DNA from: Octopus vulgaris
Taxonomy: Eukaryota
DNA length: 64,000 nt
Assembly: GCA_951406725.2 (NCBI GenBank)
Contig: OX597830.1
Location: 76,384,001-76,448,000 of the forward strand
Direction of reading: 5' to 3'
Both the position numbers and the translations under genes were made by a program. The notes under the pieces were generated by a model. That model made no database searches. It saw nothing but the letters and a program-made list of their open reading frames with translations, and was not told the origin of the DNA. Below, piece by piece: positions 12,311 to 26,369 of the stretch (positions are counted from its first letter, which is position 1; every line of letters begins with the position of its first letter).

Positions 12311-13947
12311 TTATTACTCTATAAAACACAGCCTTTAATTTTCATTGTCCGTTAACAATATACCACACAGCAAAATTAAACGGTTTCAGTGCAAAAATCA
12401 AAAATCAAAAACAAAAAGGATAGGTAGGGGAGACACTAAAGAGCATGAATACAAATTACTTCTCCACCTAAAAAAAAATAACCATATAAGCCCCAAACTA
12501 TAATAACAATTTAAATATCATCATTTATAAGTTTAGTGGTTTGTGTGAATGAGAAACCTCTCCCGCCGAGCTGCTTGTCTATCAAAAGGGACAGGATAGC
12601 AATTTTAGAGTCTGAGGGAGAGAAAGGAGAGAGAATGGAGAGAGAATATAAGAAAAAAGAAGGGAGTGGGAGATTTTTCTTTTTAGACAAAATAAAATTC
12701 TTTCTGTTGTGAGCTCCTGGCAGTTAACTTAATCAGGGGAGATAATTCTTTTCTATGCTGCTTTCAAATTTTGGTACAAGACTTGTAAGTTCGAGGAAGG
12801 AGGTTAAGTCGTTAACATCGATCTCATTGTTCAACTGATACTTATTTTTTTCGACCCTGAAAGGATGAAAGGCAAAGTTGAACTCAGAACGTAATGACGG
12901 ACGGGATGAGGTTGAGCATTTTACCCGACGTGCTAATCTTTCTGCCAGCTCACCGCCCTCAGTTTTTTTTCTATATTCAGTTGGGTTGTAACATATTTGA
13001 GAGTCTGAAATTTATAACAAATTGAAACAAAGATGCACAAAACATATCTAATTATCTTTTATTTTATCGCGTAGTGTATCGTTTAAGACGGTTACTCATA
13101 CGTAAGTTCAAATTCTCGGCTTTAAGAACATCATCTTGAAGTGTATGTGTGTGCGAGCGTCTGTGTGTGTGTATGTGTATCATGTATGTATATACGAAGG
13201 ACGTCTTTCAGTTTCCGTCTACCAAAGCTACTCACAAGTCTTTGGTCTGCCCGAGGCTATAGTGGAAGACACTTGTTGAAGGTGCCACGCAATGGGACTG
13301 AACTCAGATCCCTGTGTTTGGGATGCAAATTTCTTTAACTCTTTGTAAGTGTTTTCCTGCTTAGGTTTACTTATTTGTTTTAAGACTTCCTTTAGACCAT
13401 TTTGCTTTAATTTAACACGGGGGCTAACGTTCGGTAGACAGCTAGGAATAAATAGACAGCAGATCACTCATTGCACCAAATGCACGCATTAAACTGTCCA
13501 CCCACTTTTGCTAAGGCTAAGAACCACCTCTGCCTACAAATACACATATACACGAGCACATCTGAAAGTACGTCACATACATTCCAACAGGCACTGAATA
13601 TTCCTCTCCCGTCCTCTACTCACACAGAAACAAGCATGGACGTGAACGGTAACACATCTTGATACACTAGTGGTACTATAGTTGTCACGTACCTTGTCAG
13701 CATTTTAAGCATTCAGCTTTTGTTTTGTGTCGAGCACTAAACATTGCACAGTCAGGTGCAGAAACTTCATACTTTCATAATGCGGCACCTCAGCACAATC
13801 ACAAGCATTCCTGGCGGGAATCGGTTCTTGACAGAGAGAAGTTTTAATTTGAGCAAAATTGCCAGGTACAAAAACACCCCCTTATCAAGAAAATATTACG
13901 ATACGTGGGACACATCTAACTGAAATTATCTCAAAATTAGACTTGAC

Positions 13948-14170
13948 AAAGGCAGTGAGTTGCCAGAATCATTAGCACGCATGACAAAATGCTTAGTGGT
14001 ATTTCGTCCACCTTTACGTTCTGAATTCAAATTCCGCCAAGATCGACTTTACCTTTCATCCTTTGGGGATCGATGAAATAGGTACCAGTTGAGTACTGGT
14101 GTCAATGCAATCGACTTGCTCCCCTCCCGACAAATTCCAGGCCTTGTGTCTATAGTAGAAAGGAATATTA
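13948..14170 (+). mobile_element. SINE family B monomer (tail type 1)
   Basis: AAGGCAGTGAGTTGCCAGAATCATTAGCACG...GAATTCAAATTCCGCC...CCTTTCATCCTTTGGGGATCGATGAAATAGGTACCAG...CAGGCCTTGTGTCTATAGTAGAAAGG. Confidence 0.8.
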
Positions 14171-14530
14171 GACTGGACGTCTTCTCAGTAGTAGAGTATC
14201 CATACTTTATCTACTGAGAAACCTAATCTGACTATGCTGGGATTTTAACTCGGCACGTGAGAGACAAACCGGTCTTTGATGTAATGTAAAGACAGTAAGA
14301 TCCTTGTGGTTTCATACGCCATCATCTTCTTACCACATAGACACGCATGCAGTACGATTATAATTCACATGAGTACAGTTAAAATTAACCGGACTACCGG
14401 AATTTTGGAATCTCAATGTCCAGAGCGTCTATGGATCAGCGTGCCTTTTGTCAACAGCAATGAATTTAACTGCTTCAAACTTTGGCACGGGAAGAACATT
14501 TTAGTGAGAAGGATGTTAGTTGATTATATT

Positions 14531-14918
14531 GGGGAAGCACTCCGTCGGTTACGACGATGAGGGTTCCGGTTGATCCGAATCAACGGAACAGCCTGCTCGT
14601 GAAATTAACGTGTAAGTGGCTGAGCACTCCACAGACACGTGTACCCTTAACGTAGTTCTCGGGGATATTCAGCGTGACACAGAGAGTGACAAGGCCGGCC
14701 CTTTGAAATACAGGTACAACAGAAACAGGAAGTAAGAGTGAGAGAAAGTTGTGGTGAAAGAGTACAGCAGGGATCACCACCATCCCCTGCCGGAGCCTCG
14801 TGGAGCTTTAGGTGTTTTTGCTCAATAAACACTCACAACGCCCGGTCTGGGAATCGAAACCGCGATCCTATGACCGCGAGTCCGCTGCCCTAACCACTGG
14901 GCCATTGCGCCTCCACTC
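14531..14918 (-). mobile_element. SINE family C, full length, nested in an old family B copy
   Basis: tRNA-like head GTGGAGGCGCAATGGCCCAGTGGTTAGGGCAGCGGACTC...GGTTTCGATTCCC; perfect 13-bp TSD AGTTGATTATATT at 14518-14530 and 14919-14931. Confidence 0.9.
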
Positions 14919-15748
14919 AGTTGATTATATTAAGCCTAGTACTTGACTGGTACTTGATTTTATCGAATCCAGATAAGTGAAACACAAAGTTGATTATCTT
15001 CTGAGCTATTTATCTTCTGGTCTCAGGAGGTAAAGAGCTGGTACAAATGCCCTTAAGCATTTTTTTTTCGACGCATTAACGTTTCTACTAGCTCGCTGCC
15101 TTAAACAAGTACGAAAATGCAACATAGAGGTTTATCAAGCAGATTTTGTAATGTTGATCTATGTTCTACAATTTGGAGGCTAATGAGGGTCCCTCTATGG
15201 GGAAATTTGACCTTGCAGTAATAGCAGTCACATCTTACTCATGTCATATCCCAGCAGCTTAAAAATAAAAATAAAAGGTGGGAGGATACGTTAAATATTG
15301 TAATTCTAAATACTAATAAATAAACAACGAGGTCAAGGTTGGAACGCTTTTGATCTGCTTGATCAGAGCTGCATGTGGTTAAAACAAGACAAAAATAATA
15401 TAAACTATCCACCACTATAACAAACAACATCAGCAACAATAACAATATACAGCACCGCTACAATGTTCAAGGTTGAACTCGCACTAAACATGTTTCCACA
15501 AGGAATTACAATTTGGTTTTATATTCCTCCATCGTAGAGCTATTTCGTATGACGCATAGTAATTGCAGCAATAACTCACAGGGAGAAAGAAAACAACACA
15601 CACATCCACACACATATCCTATATTTAGACCTTTGCATACGTTTATATACATATAATCATACATACAACATCTATATATATCTTACTCAAACAAACAAAC
15701 AAATACAGAAACCAACAGATTTATTATTTATCTATCTAACCCTCAATT

Positions 15749-15779
<31 letters not shown>

Positions 15780-15866
15780 GTGTTTGCGTGTGTGTGTGTT
15801 AAATAAAATGAGACACTAAAGCCAAGGCTGTGTGGAATTTTCAGGACATTTATTTTCAGGACAATT

Positions 15867-16060
15867 TCACAACGCCCGGTCTGGGAATCGAAACCGCGAT
15901 CCTATGACCGCGAGTCCGCTGCCCTAACCACTGGGCCATTGCGCCTCCACTCAGTTGATTATGTTAAGCCTAGTACTTGACTGGTACTTGATTTTATCGA
16001 ATCCAGAGAAGTGAAACACAAAGTTGATTATCTTCTGAGCTATTTATCTTCTGGTCTCAG
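15867..16060 (+). repeat. 194-bp direct copy of 14833-15026 (SINE C head + flank)
   Basis: Two mismatches in 194 bp by eye. Confidence 0.95.
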
Positions 16061-16098
16061 ATTTATTATTTATCTATTATTTATCTATCTAACCCTCA

Positions 16099-16160
<62 letters not shown>

Positions 16161-16178
16161 GTGTTTGTGTGTGTGTGT

Positions 16179-16454
16179 GTTAAATAAAATGAGACACTAA
16201 AGCCAAGGCTGTGTGGAATTTATGAAGAAAAAGTTAGTCTTGCAGCTGTTTCTGGGATATTAAGGATATCCCTTCATCAGAGACGATGTGAGATGGTTAA
16301 ATACAGGGAAATATCAGAGTTCAATATGAGGAGGTGTTTTGGAAAAGGAAGCAAAATAAAGAAGCAAAACAGCTGTAAGACTGTAAAACTTTCTCTTTAT
16401 TAATGTCCAGAAAATTCCGCACAGCCTTGGCTTTGTTGTCTCATTTTATTTAAC
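16179..16454. mobile_element. Short foldback element, probable Penelope-like inverted pLTR remnant
   Basis: Arms GTTAAATAAAATGAGACACTAAAGCCAAGGCTGTGTGGAATTT (16179-16221) and near-perfect reverse complement (16412-16454); carries a hammerhead motif; left end abuts (GT)n. Confidence 0.65.
16237..16284 (-). ncRNA. Minimal type-I hammerhead ribozyme motif (one core substitution)
   Basis: GUCU-CUGAUGA-A-GGGAUAU/CCUUA/AUAUCCC-A-GAAA-CAGCUG-CA-AGAC: 4-bp stem I, 7-bp stem II, palindromic stem III; cleavage triplet GCA here but GUA in the mirrored arm (16367-16381). Confidence 0.75.
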
Positions 16455-16857
16455 ATATACATGCTCATACAAGACCCGCATTAGATTCCTCAAAGTATTT
16501 CTATCGAACCGAGAGTTAAACTACGGTCTTTCCATAGCACTTACATGGCGTTACTTGCGTCCTTTGGTCTTCTGGATACCAATACCTCTCATATATATAG
16601 TGTGTGTGTGTGAAATACAATATTGATAAGGAGAACGAAGAATTAGAACATTCAGATTTTATGTTTAACTATAGTTGGTTTATTCATTATAATTGCCAAC
16701 TAATTGTTCGTCTAAAAATTGGATAATTATTATCAATAAACCAACTATAATTAAACATGACTAAGTAACCGCTAAAACTCTGTAACATCGGATGGGAGTG
16801 AAAAGACATCTACCATAAAACGCACCATTTCTATGTGTATATATATGTGTGTGTGTG

Positions 16858-16904
<47 letters not shown>

Positions 16905-17043
16905 ATATGTATATATATATATATAAATTTAAAATAATAAGGGTAAAGATTGAATATTAATTTAATTAATATCAATTTAAAAGCAGTGGTCTAGCATATT
17001 AAAATCTGAAGGTTCAGAAACGTATATTAGTCACACACACACA

Positions 17044-17118
<75 letters not shown>

Positions 17119-17582
17119 ATATATATAGATATGACTTTATCGAGCACATTTAAAGTTTTAGCTTTCGATTTCTTACAACAGAAGGAATGCACATACATAC
17201 ATACATACACGGTTACACCCACGCGCGCACGTTCGTACGTGCATGGTGTGCACGCGTGCCAGTTAGAGCCAAATAGGAGGAGATAGGAAGGAAATAGTTA
17301 AACAAACGATACGGATATGTTTATACGTAAAGTAATGGTACATGCAATGTAACGATTGTTATACGATTTTAAACCCTCCAATCTGTTATATGCTAACATC
17401 ACAGCGTTGAGTATGAATTTACAACGGTTTTATTTCTATCATATAAACAAATGTCTGTCTATCTTTCACCACACGTTCCTACATGCGCACACATGAATAG
17501 AGCAATAAACGCAAAAGAAAAAAAAAGAAAATTAAATGGATCTCCGTTGGTCTCCACGATGATTATACATTCTTTTATTTTT

Positions 17583-17946
17583 TTATTCTTTTACTTGTTT
17601 CAGTCATTTGACTGCGGCCATGCTGGAGAACCGCCTTTAGTCGACCAAATCGACCCCCGGACTTTTTCTTTGTAAGCCTAGTACTTATGCTATCGGTCTG
17701 ATTTGCCGAACTGCTCAGTTACGGGGACGTAAACACACCAGCATCGATTGTCAAGCGATGTTGGGGGCACAAATACAGACACACATATACATACGATACG
17801 ACAGGCTTCTTTCAGTTTCCGTCTACCAAATCCACTCACAAGGCTCTGGTCGGCCCGAGGCTATAGTAGAAGACACTTGCCCAAGGTGCCACGCAGTGGG
17901 ACTGAACCCGGAACCATGTGGCTGGTAAGCAAGCTACTTACCACAC
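17583..17946 (-). mobile_element. SINE family A, near full length, short internal microsatellite
   Basis: Collinear with 4745-5190. Confidence 0.9.
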
Positions 17947-19293
17947 ATCCACTCTATGATTTTATATTTAAAAGCTTAGTACTTATCGTATCGGTCTTTT
18001 TTGCTGAACAGCTAAGTTACGAGGTATGTAAACATACCAACAGCGGTTGACAAACAGTGGTGGGGTTCAGACAAAGATACACACGCAATACCCACCCCCA
18101 CAGTATCCAGACCAGATCCAAAACCTGGAGTTTTTCAAGCGGCCCACCCCAAATAGATAAATAAATAAATAAATAGAATGAGACATGAAGGATGCACGAG
18201 GGTCGCGTTTGAGAATCGCTACGATAGTTGGTTGCCCAACTAGTTAGATATAGCGGCCAGATGAGCCTAGAATCACATTCCACCGTCAAACAAAATGAGG
18301 AAGGACATCTTCGTTAATGCAATCCTAACTACATACACCCTGTATGTAAATAAGGCCACATCTCGAACACATTTGATCATACGGTCCGCTGGATCAGAAC
18401 TGAGCTGAAGGCTATGCAACAACAATTGGATAGACACACCGACATACACTCCTAGACACACATCCATATGCACATACACACACACATACACACACATCGA
18501 CATACACACATTCATTCACACATATTAACATAGGCTCAGTGAAAGACATTTTCATACGCATATCAGAAAACATACGCAAACATACAGACACAATTCCACA
18601 TACGCACAGGCGTACATAAATGCACACGTATACACATACGTACGGGTAGATGAGCACATGCAGGCATACACATGTACACATGCGCATGTCCCGCACTACG
18701 GATGGAACAAAGAAGAGACAATCAGTTATGGATCAATAGAAAATGAACGAATTTGTCACCTCCGCCATCTTTGTGACATTTCACTTCTTATCGTCATCAT
18801 CGTCGTCGTCGTCGTCGCCTTCGTCGTCAACATCATCATCATCGCAATAAGTTACAGCTGCCTCTGCCACACCCATCTTAGATCCCTGTCTTCCTAATCA
18901 CCACCAGGATCAATCACAAACACCACCACCATCATCATCATCATCATCATCATCACCAACACCACCACTACCATCACCACCACCATTACTTTCTTTATTA
19001 CCACCTCCCCTACCACTCTATCACCTCCATCATTTATTAACATCATCACCAACACCTTCAGCAATAATAACATCGCCACGAACCAACGAGAAATCCCACG
19101 ACGTGATCGATCGATCGACCTACTTATAAGTAACAACCAAATATACCTCAGTTCTCACATGCCATATATACGATAATATTAGTATTAGGTTTCCTTGTAC
19201 AGGATAGTCGCGGCTGGAATACTTTTCATCATAGCCCTTCTTTCTGTGTACGGACTGACGAAGGGTTAAACAATAACACTCCTCCATAACCAC

Positions 19294-19348
<55 letters not shown>

Positions 19349-19556
19349 TTTGTAACTGAAATTTCGTTTAATATGTTTCATTCGTTCTTTCTTTCTCTTT
19401 TACATTTCTTTCATTCGTTCACTCTTACCTTATTCCTTTCCTTTGTCTTTCTCTCGTTTTTTCTTTCTCACACTCTTAATCTTTCGTTCCTTCTTTCTTT
19501 CTTTTCTCTTTCTTTCGTTTTACCTTATTTTCTTTTACTTATACCTATTTTTCTCT

Positions 19557-19588
<32 letters not shown>

Positions 19589-19932
19589 ACTTTTCCTCTA
19601 GCTTTTTTTTCCTTTAATTCTCTTCCTCCTTCCCTCCTTCACTCTACCCACCCACACCCGCACACCACACGCTAACGAAGAATCACGGTGTTGACAGACA
19701 AGCATGTCTTTCTTGTAATCTTGTCTTTTCCCTTCATGTTTTGCGTTCAACTTTCACCTGATCCATGCAGGGTCCAAAGGTCACCATGGGACTCCACCAA
19801 AACCTGTTCTCCTTCTTCCTTCCTTTCTTTGTTTCTTTCTTTCCTTCATTCTTTCTTTCTTTCTTCACATCAATTCCACTTCAGTTAACGTTCACAACCG
19901 TTTCATCACATATTCCCAATAAGTCAACTTAA

Positions 19933-20080
19933 CTCTCTCTCTCCCTCTCTATCTCTTTCTCTCTTTCTCTCTCTCTCTCTCCCTCTCCCTTCCTCTTTCT
20001 ATCTATCTATTTGTCTGTCTGTCTGTCTGTCTATCGATATATCTATCTATCTATCTGCCTATCTGTCTATCTGTCTTGTG

Positions 20081-20134
<54 letters not shown>

Positions 20135-20179
20135 ATCTTTCTTTCTCTCTCCCTCTCTCTCAATCTATCTGTCTCTCTG

Positions 20180-20232
<53 letters not shown>

Positions 20233-20280
20233 ATGCCTATCTGTCTGTCTTCTATCTATCTATCTATCTATCTATCTATT
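19933..20280. repeat. (CT)n/(TATC)n microsatellite field
   Basis: Direct reading. Confidence 0.95.
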
Positions 20281-20908
20281 TAATATATTGTGATTTTCTC
20301 TTTTTGTGTTTCTGTTTTGTCTATATCCAGTTCCATCAATATTGTTTGCTATCCTCTTCTTTGCTTCACCCTCTCCCTCTCAGCTTCCCTCTCATCCCCC
20401 TCACTCTCTCTACCCTTTTCTGCCTCTCTCTCTCTCTTTTTCTAGGCTTTTACTTTAACCAGATTCTTGCTATTCTCTACTGACATATCTCACGATACGG
20501 AGACATCAAAGAGATGTTTTTTTTGTCTTGTTTTTTTATTTTTCCTTCGTGATGAAATGCTGACATATTGTTGTTCTTCTTGTTGCTGTTGTGGCAATAA
20601 TTTCCATGGAATTTCATAGGGGTGACATGAAATATGGGGTTCATACGGTCTTAAAATATGCGGTTCATCACACTATCTTAAAACATCCTCGTATCTTTTA
20701 TAACGTGGTCGTCATCATCATCATCAGTAGCAGTAGCAGCATCCTCATCAGTATTAGCATTATCAGCATCCTCATTATTATGGTTGTTGTTGCCGTTGTT
20801 GTTATTGTTATAACGGCGAGCTGGAACAATAGTTAACACACCGGACAAAATGACTAGTAGCGTTTCATCCGATTTTACATTGTGAATTCAAACTTCGACG
20901 AAGTCAAC

Positions 20909-21000
<92 letters not shown>

Positions 21001-21720
21001 GCACATCGTATACAATATTGACAAAAGAACAGCGGTCTCCAAATGTTATTGATATGATCCTAAAGATACAGGATCACCTCCAAGACCAATCTTGGAACCG
21101 GGCCTTGCAAGATCTTCCTGAACACGAAGAGCAAGTTCTTGTTCTTTGACTTATAGGACTATACGTAGAATGGTGCTATTCACTTTCACCCACCTTTTAT
21201 TCGAGGACAGCACTGCTCTTTCTACCCTTTACAAATGAAACTTGAAGACTCGATGAGAACTCTAGTAAAGAGAAATGTTTCTGCCCTCATAGATTTCAAC
21301 CTCGTCCACCAGAAAAACTTCTTTCACCATAAACATCAGACAGCGGAGAACTGCCTTATCTGCGCGGTTAAAGAAAGGCAGTGAGGCCATCATCTCTATG
21401 AACTCCGCCGGTATATGGATACTTCCCACACGCGGCAGGAGCTGTTCGATTTCACCCCGCACGTCAGCGAGACTCGAGCATAGAACGAATACGAGGAAAC
21501 TAGCATCATCTCTACGCTCTGTATGCATCTTGTACAAGCCCGTTTTACGGCACATCTCTGCCCATAAAGGTTATCTCGAATCGGTAGTGCCCCATAAGCA
21601 CGCCATGACTTCGGGAAATTTTCCGTCGTTGGCCTCGATCGGAAAGTCTTCCGGAACAGAGTAACAAATTCGTTTTCGTCGATGTCCGGTCTCTCACCAT
21701 GAATCGTCGCTAATCTTCCA
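21001..21720 (-). mobile_element. Decayed L1/Tx1-clade LINE 3' fragment (zf-RVT-like region of ORF2 plus 3' UTR)
   Basis: Two overlapping minus frames join into WRAYGALPIRDNLYG...KRACTRC...E.../...FVLCSSLADV...IEQLL...MVKEV, matching the W....LP..D.L...CxxC...E...(H).F..C zinc-binding region of L1/Tx1 RTs; frameshifted; abuts an (AAT)n tract at 20911-21000. Confidence 0.7.
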
Positions 21721-22302
21721 TACATGTCTAGAATAGAACAACTAGCGATTCCATTTCCCAACAGGTAAACGGTGGTGAACATCTGATGGTATTCTAGGTT
21801 CTAGGCTGCAAAAAATCTAAGTTTTTTTTAAACCTAGGATTACAGCTCCGTCAAGAGACGAGCTGCACACACATTCGACATCTACGAATCGTTGCAATTA
21901 TTCCATCGCAATTTGAATAATCCCGGCATCTCAGCAGTGTCGAACTGTCATTTCTTTGGACTAAATAATAACAAACAAAACAAAACGTATACATACATAC
22001 ATACATACATACATACATACATACATACATACATACATACATACATACATACATACATACGTACGTACGTACAGACAAACACAAAGATACATTCATGCAT
22101 ACATACATTGCTCGGAGGTAGAAAAACACACAGAACTGAAAGAGACAGGTAAGCAAGGAGACGCAAAATATGTTGAAATAATTAGTATAATGATAAAAAT
22201 TAAAATAAGGCATTAAAACAGAATGACTCTACCCAGTCACAACCAAAATATGCTTCAACACACGAGTTCACGTAAAGAATCTTGCCAACCAAATACAAAA
22301 CC

Positions 22303-22356
<54 letters not shown>

Positions 22357-22381
22357 ATATATATATATATATATATATAAC

Positions 22382-22417
<36 letters not shown>

Positions 22418-22593
22418 GTATATATGCCCAAACGCACACACAAATATGTGTGTATGTACGTATGAATGTATAAATGTATACGCATGCGTGTGTATGTATA
22501 TATGTATATATATATATGTATATATATATGTATGTATATATATATATATATATATACATATATATGTATGTATATTATACTCACGCTCGCACG

Positions 22594-22624
<31 letters not shown>

Positions 22625-23455
22625 GTACATATAATGTTGGGAAAGAGCGGAAGAGGGAAAGGTGGAGGCGGAGACAGTCGGAAATAACTTGAGAAAAACG
22701 AAACAAACATTTGCAAGTTGAAAAATGAAGAATGAAGTAGATGAGTGAAGTAGATAGATGAGGCCTGGAACAACAACAGCAACAACAACCACAGCTACAA
22801 TAATAATAACAACAACAACAACAACAACAACAGTATCCACGGCAACAAATCACTTTTGAAAATCTGAGCAAAATAACTGTCCATCGTCGTCCATGTCTTT
22901 AGAAGTTTGCCGCTAATTGGTGGAGGCGGCGGAAGAATAAAGGAAATGCTAACCAGGGATGGAGATAAGAGAGCAGCGAAGGAACAGATAGAGGTGAGGG
23001 ATGAGGAGGGTGATGAAGACAGAGTAGAGTGATGGAGCAAGAGGAGAAGGGATGGCAAACATGTATGTGTGTATGTGTCCGTTTGTATGTGTGTACGTAT
23101 GTTTAAATGTTTGCTAGAGTGTACCCCATGAGAGCGTGTGGTATATATATATATATGTATGTTTGTGTACACACAAATATGTATGTATGCATGTATGGTT
23201 TTAAACACATATGTGAATATATTTTTGTAGATGTGTGTGTGTATGTGTGTCTGTGTATTCATTCATACACACGATATTAACATATACTTACGTTTATACA
23301 AATTAACGCACACACGGGTATACATAAAGTACCCTTAAGTTGGTTTCGAGTTCTTATATTATTATTTTTCCATACTGACCAATGCGGAGTTGGGTGGAGG
23401 GTAGACGTCCAAATGAATTGTATATGTATGTGTATGTAAATACATATATATATAT

Positions 23456-23508
<53 letters not shown>

Positions 23509-23552
23509 AAAAAGCATAAAAAGGTAACGAAAACCGAAATACAAAATGTAGG

Positions 23553-23584
<32 letters not shown>

Positions 23585-23840
23585 TCTCTCTCTCTCTCTG
23601 TCTATCTATCTATCTTTTGCTCTCTCCTATGTCTATCATTTTTTCTCCCTCCCTGTCTTTTTATTCTTCTCTCTGTCTCCCTTATCTTCGTTTCTCTTTA
23701 ATTTCTCTTAACTGATGAGAAAATAATAAAAACATGGATGCTTTTGGAAAAGACGTTAAAATCAAAGGGAGCTTGAGACAGTGGTTGTCGGCGTCATCAT
23801 CCTCATCGTCACCACCACAACCTTCGCCATCACCTTCACT

Positions 23841-23883
<43 letters not shown>

Positions 23884-24914
23884 CCATCGTATTCGTCGTC
23901 ATCGTCGCCGTCGTCAACATCATATATCATCATTATCATCAACAACACCGTCGCTATTATCAGCATTAACAAAACACCATCATTATTATTAGTGCGTCCA
24001 TCATTATCTTCATCGTCTCCATCTTCGTCGCAGTCATCATCATCATTATCACAATCAACAACATTCTCTTCCCTTAGTATCATCATCATCATCATCATTA
24101 ACACCGCGTCATCCATCACCATCACTGCCATCAACGATACCAACGACACAAACGGCATTACCAGCACCAGCATCAACACCACCATCATCATTATCATCAT
24201 CATCATCATCAACACCACCATCATCATTATCATCATCATCAACACCTCTTACTTCGTCGTTAACGCCGCCGCCACCACCATCCTCAGCGTCAACGTCAGC
24301 ATCTCTACCGACGAGGCTGTACGTTTTGAATTAGGCTTCAGCACAATGTCTGTGCACCTAGTTTTGCTCAAAAATGCTTAGTCTACCCGGGATATGGGTA
24401 GGAGTGGTTTTACCATAGCCATTTTACCGCGTCCTCTTAAGCATCGCCCCACCCAAACATATGTGTGTGTGTGTGTGTGTGTATGGAAAATGAAAGGCAG
24501 GTCTGAGGCGATAGCATGTTAGAGTTGTTAAGGAAGCTTATTTTGCAACCATTTGGTTCAGTCCCACCGCGCGGAATTTTGGGCAGTTTTTCTTTTTTTT
24601 GAAGTCCGGTCACTGCCTTGGGATTGATTTTGGTAGACGGAAATTGTGTTGAAGAGCGTCGTATATCTCTCTATAAATATATGTATGTGTGTGTGTGTCG
24701 TTGTAGCTATGTTTACCACGACGCTACCGCTTAGCAACCGGTGTTGGTTTGATTACATACCAGTAACTTAGCGGTTCAGGATAAGTACACACACACACAC
24801 AAAAAAATAATAATAAAAGAAGAAGCAGAAGTATTGGGGTCTCTTCGGTGTCCCCAGCACAGCCATAATCCAATGACTGAAACAAGTAAAAGATAAAGAA
24901 GAAACTAGATAAAA

Positions 24915-24952
24915 ATGTGGATTTCGTAGACGGAAACTGAAAGAAGCCCGTC

Positions 24953-25008
<56 letters not shown>

Positions 25009-25245
25009 GTATGTATATATATGTATATATATTTATGTATGTGTGTATGTATATTTGGGTGTGCCTGTATTTGTCCCCCACCATCGCTTCACAATCGATA
25101 TTGGTGTGTTTACATCCCCATAACTTAGCAGTTTGACAAATGAGACCGATAGAATAACTACTTACAAAGAATAAGTACTTGCATACAATAAGTTCGACTA
25201 AAAGTGGTGCACCAGCATGGCCGTAGTCAAGGCTGAAACAAATAA
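24915..25245 (+). mobile_element. SINE family A, headless copy (another decayed + copy at ~24520-24900)
   Basis: GTGGATTTCGTAGACGGAAACTGAAAGAAGCCCGTCG-(TA)n-...GAGACCGATAGAATAA...CCAGCATGGCCGTAGTCAA. Confidence 0.8.
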
Positions 25246-26172
25246 CAGAATAACCCACCTCCACCATTTTCTTGAAACTGATACTGGGTGAAAAAAAAAA
25301 AAAGGAATGTCTACGGTTAGTGGCCGCAGTACTTAACGTAAGATATAGTGATGTGTGACACGAGACACGGCACTAAATTTCTCCCTTGTTCGTTGAGGTG
25401 TAATGCGGTGAACTCGTCTTAGCCAGGAAAGAACGTTACTTATTACTGACGGATCGCCTTGCTGATATGAAGCGGCCATTTTGTACCGTTTTACACTTTC
25501 TTTGATAAGAATAGGACTCCGGTTGCTACTGTCTAAATACTTTTCACAGCTAGGGTTACTTACCTCTCGTAAATGATTTTTAACTTGACATTTCAATCTT
25601 TAGGTGGGATTTTGGGGATTTTCTTGACGATATTTTTCATTGTTTATTTCTGTGTTTTTGCTTTTGTTTTTGTTTTTGTGTGTGCATGTTTTTAGTTGGT
25701 TGTTATTGTCTTTGTTTTCAGGTTCTTTTGTTTCGTCGTTGACTTTTGATTTTGAAAGAAAGATGAGAAGTTGAGTAAGAGATATAGGGTTAATCGTGTT
25801 TGTCACGCATGTGTATACATACATACATACATACATACATACATACATACATACATACATACATACAAGCATACATAGGTACATGAATGCACACATATCC
25901 AATACAAATATACGCACATTTACGTATATAAGCATATATGTGTATGTATGTGTATATATATATATATATACACTCACACACACCCATATGTACACTCTTT
26001 TAGTTCAGAAAAGATGGATGGATGGATGCATGGATGGATAAGATATGCACGCGGCACACATATATAATGATAAAATTGATACCCATATATTCATGCATGT
26101 CTACACACAGGCACACACACACACACATATACACACATAACTATACACGCATATACATACACGCATGCTGTA

Positions 26173-26225
<53 letters not shown>

Positions 26226-26302
26226 AAGAAAGAAAGATACATAAATTAAGATATGTATATATATATAATCATAGTTTCTGCTATATCTGTCTATCTGTCT
26301 GC

Positions 26303-26369
<67 letters not shown>

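Noticed and set aside
14840-14916. tRNA gene
   Set aside because: A/B boxes are present, but the sequence continues into a TSD-bounded SINE body and lacks a proper acceptor stem.
22850-22930. Conserved bilaterian miRNA (partial resemblance to miR-315)
   Set aside because: The seed and mature sequence do not match and there is no hairpin; no known conserved miRNA was recognised anywhere in the window.
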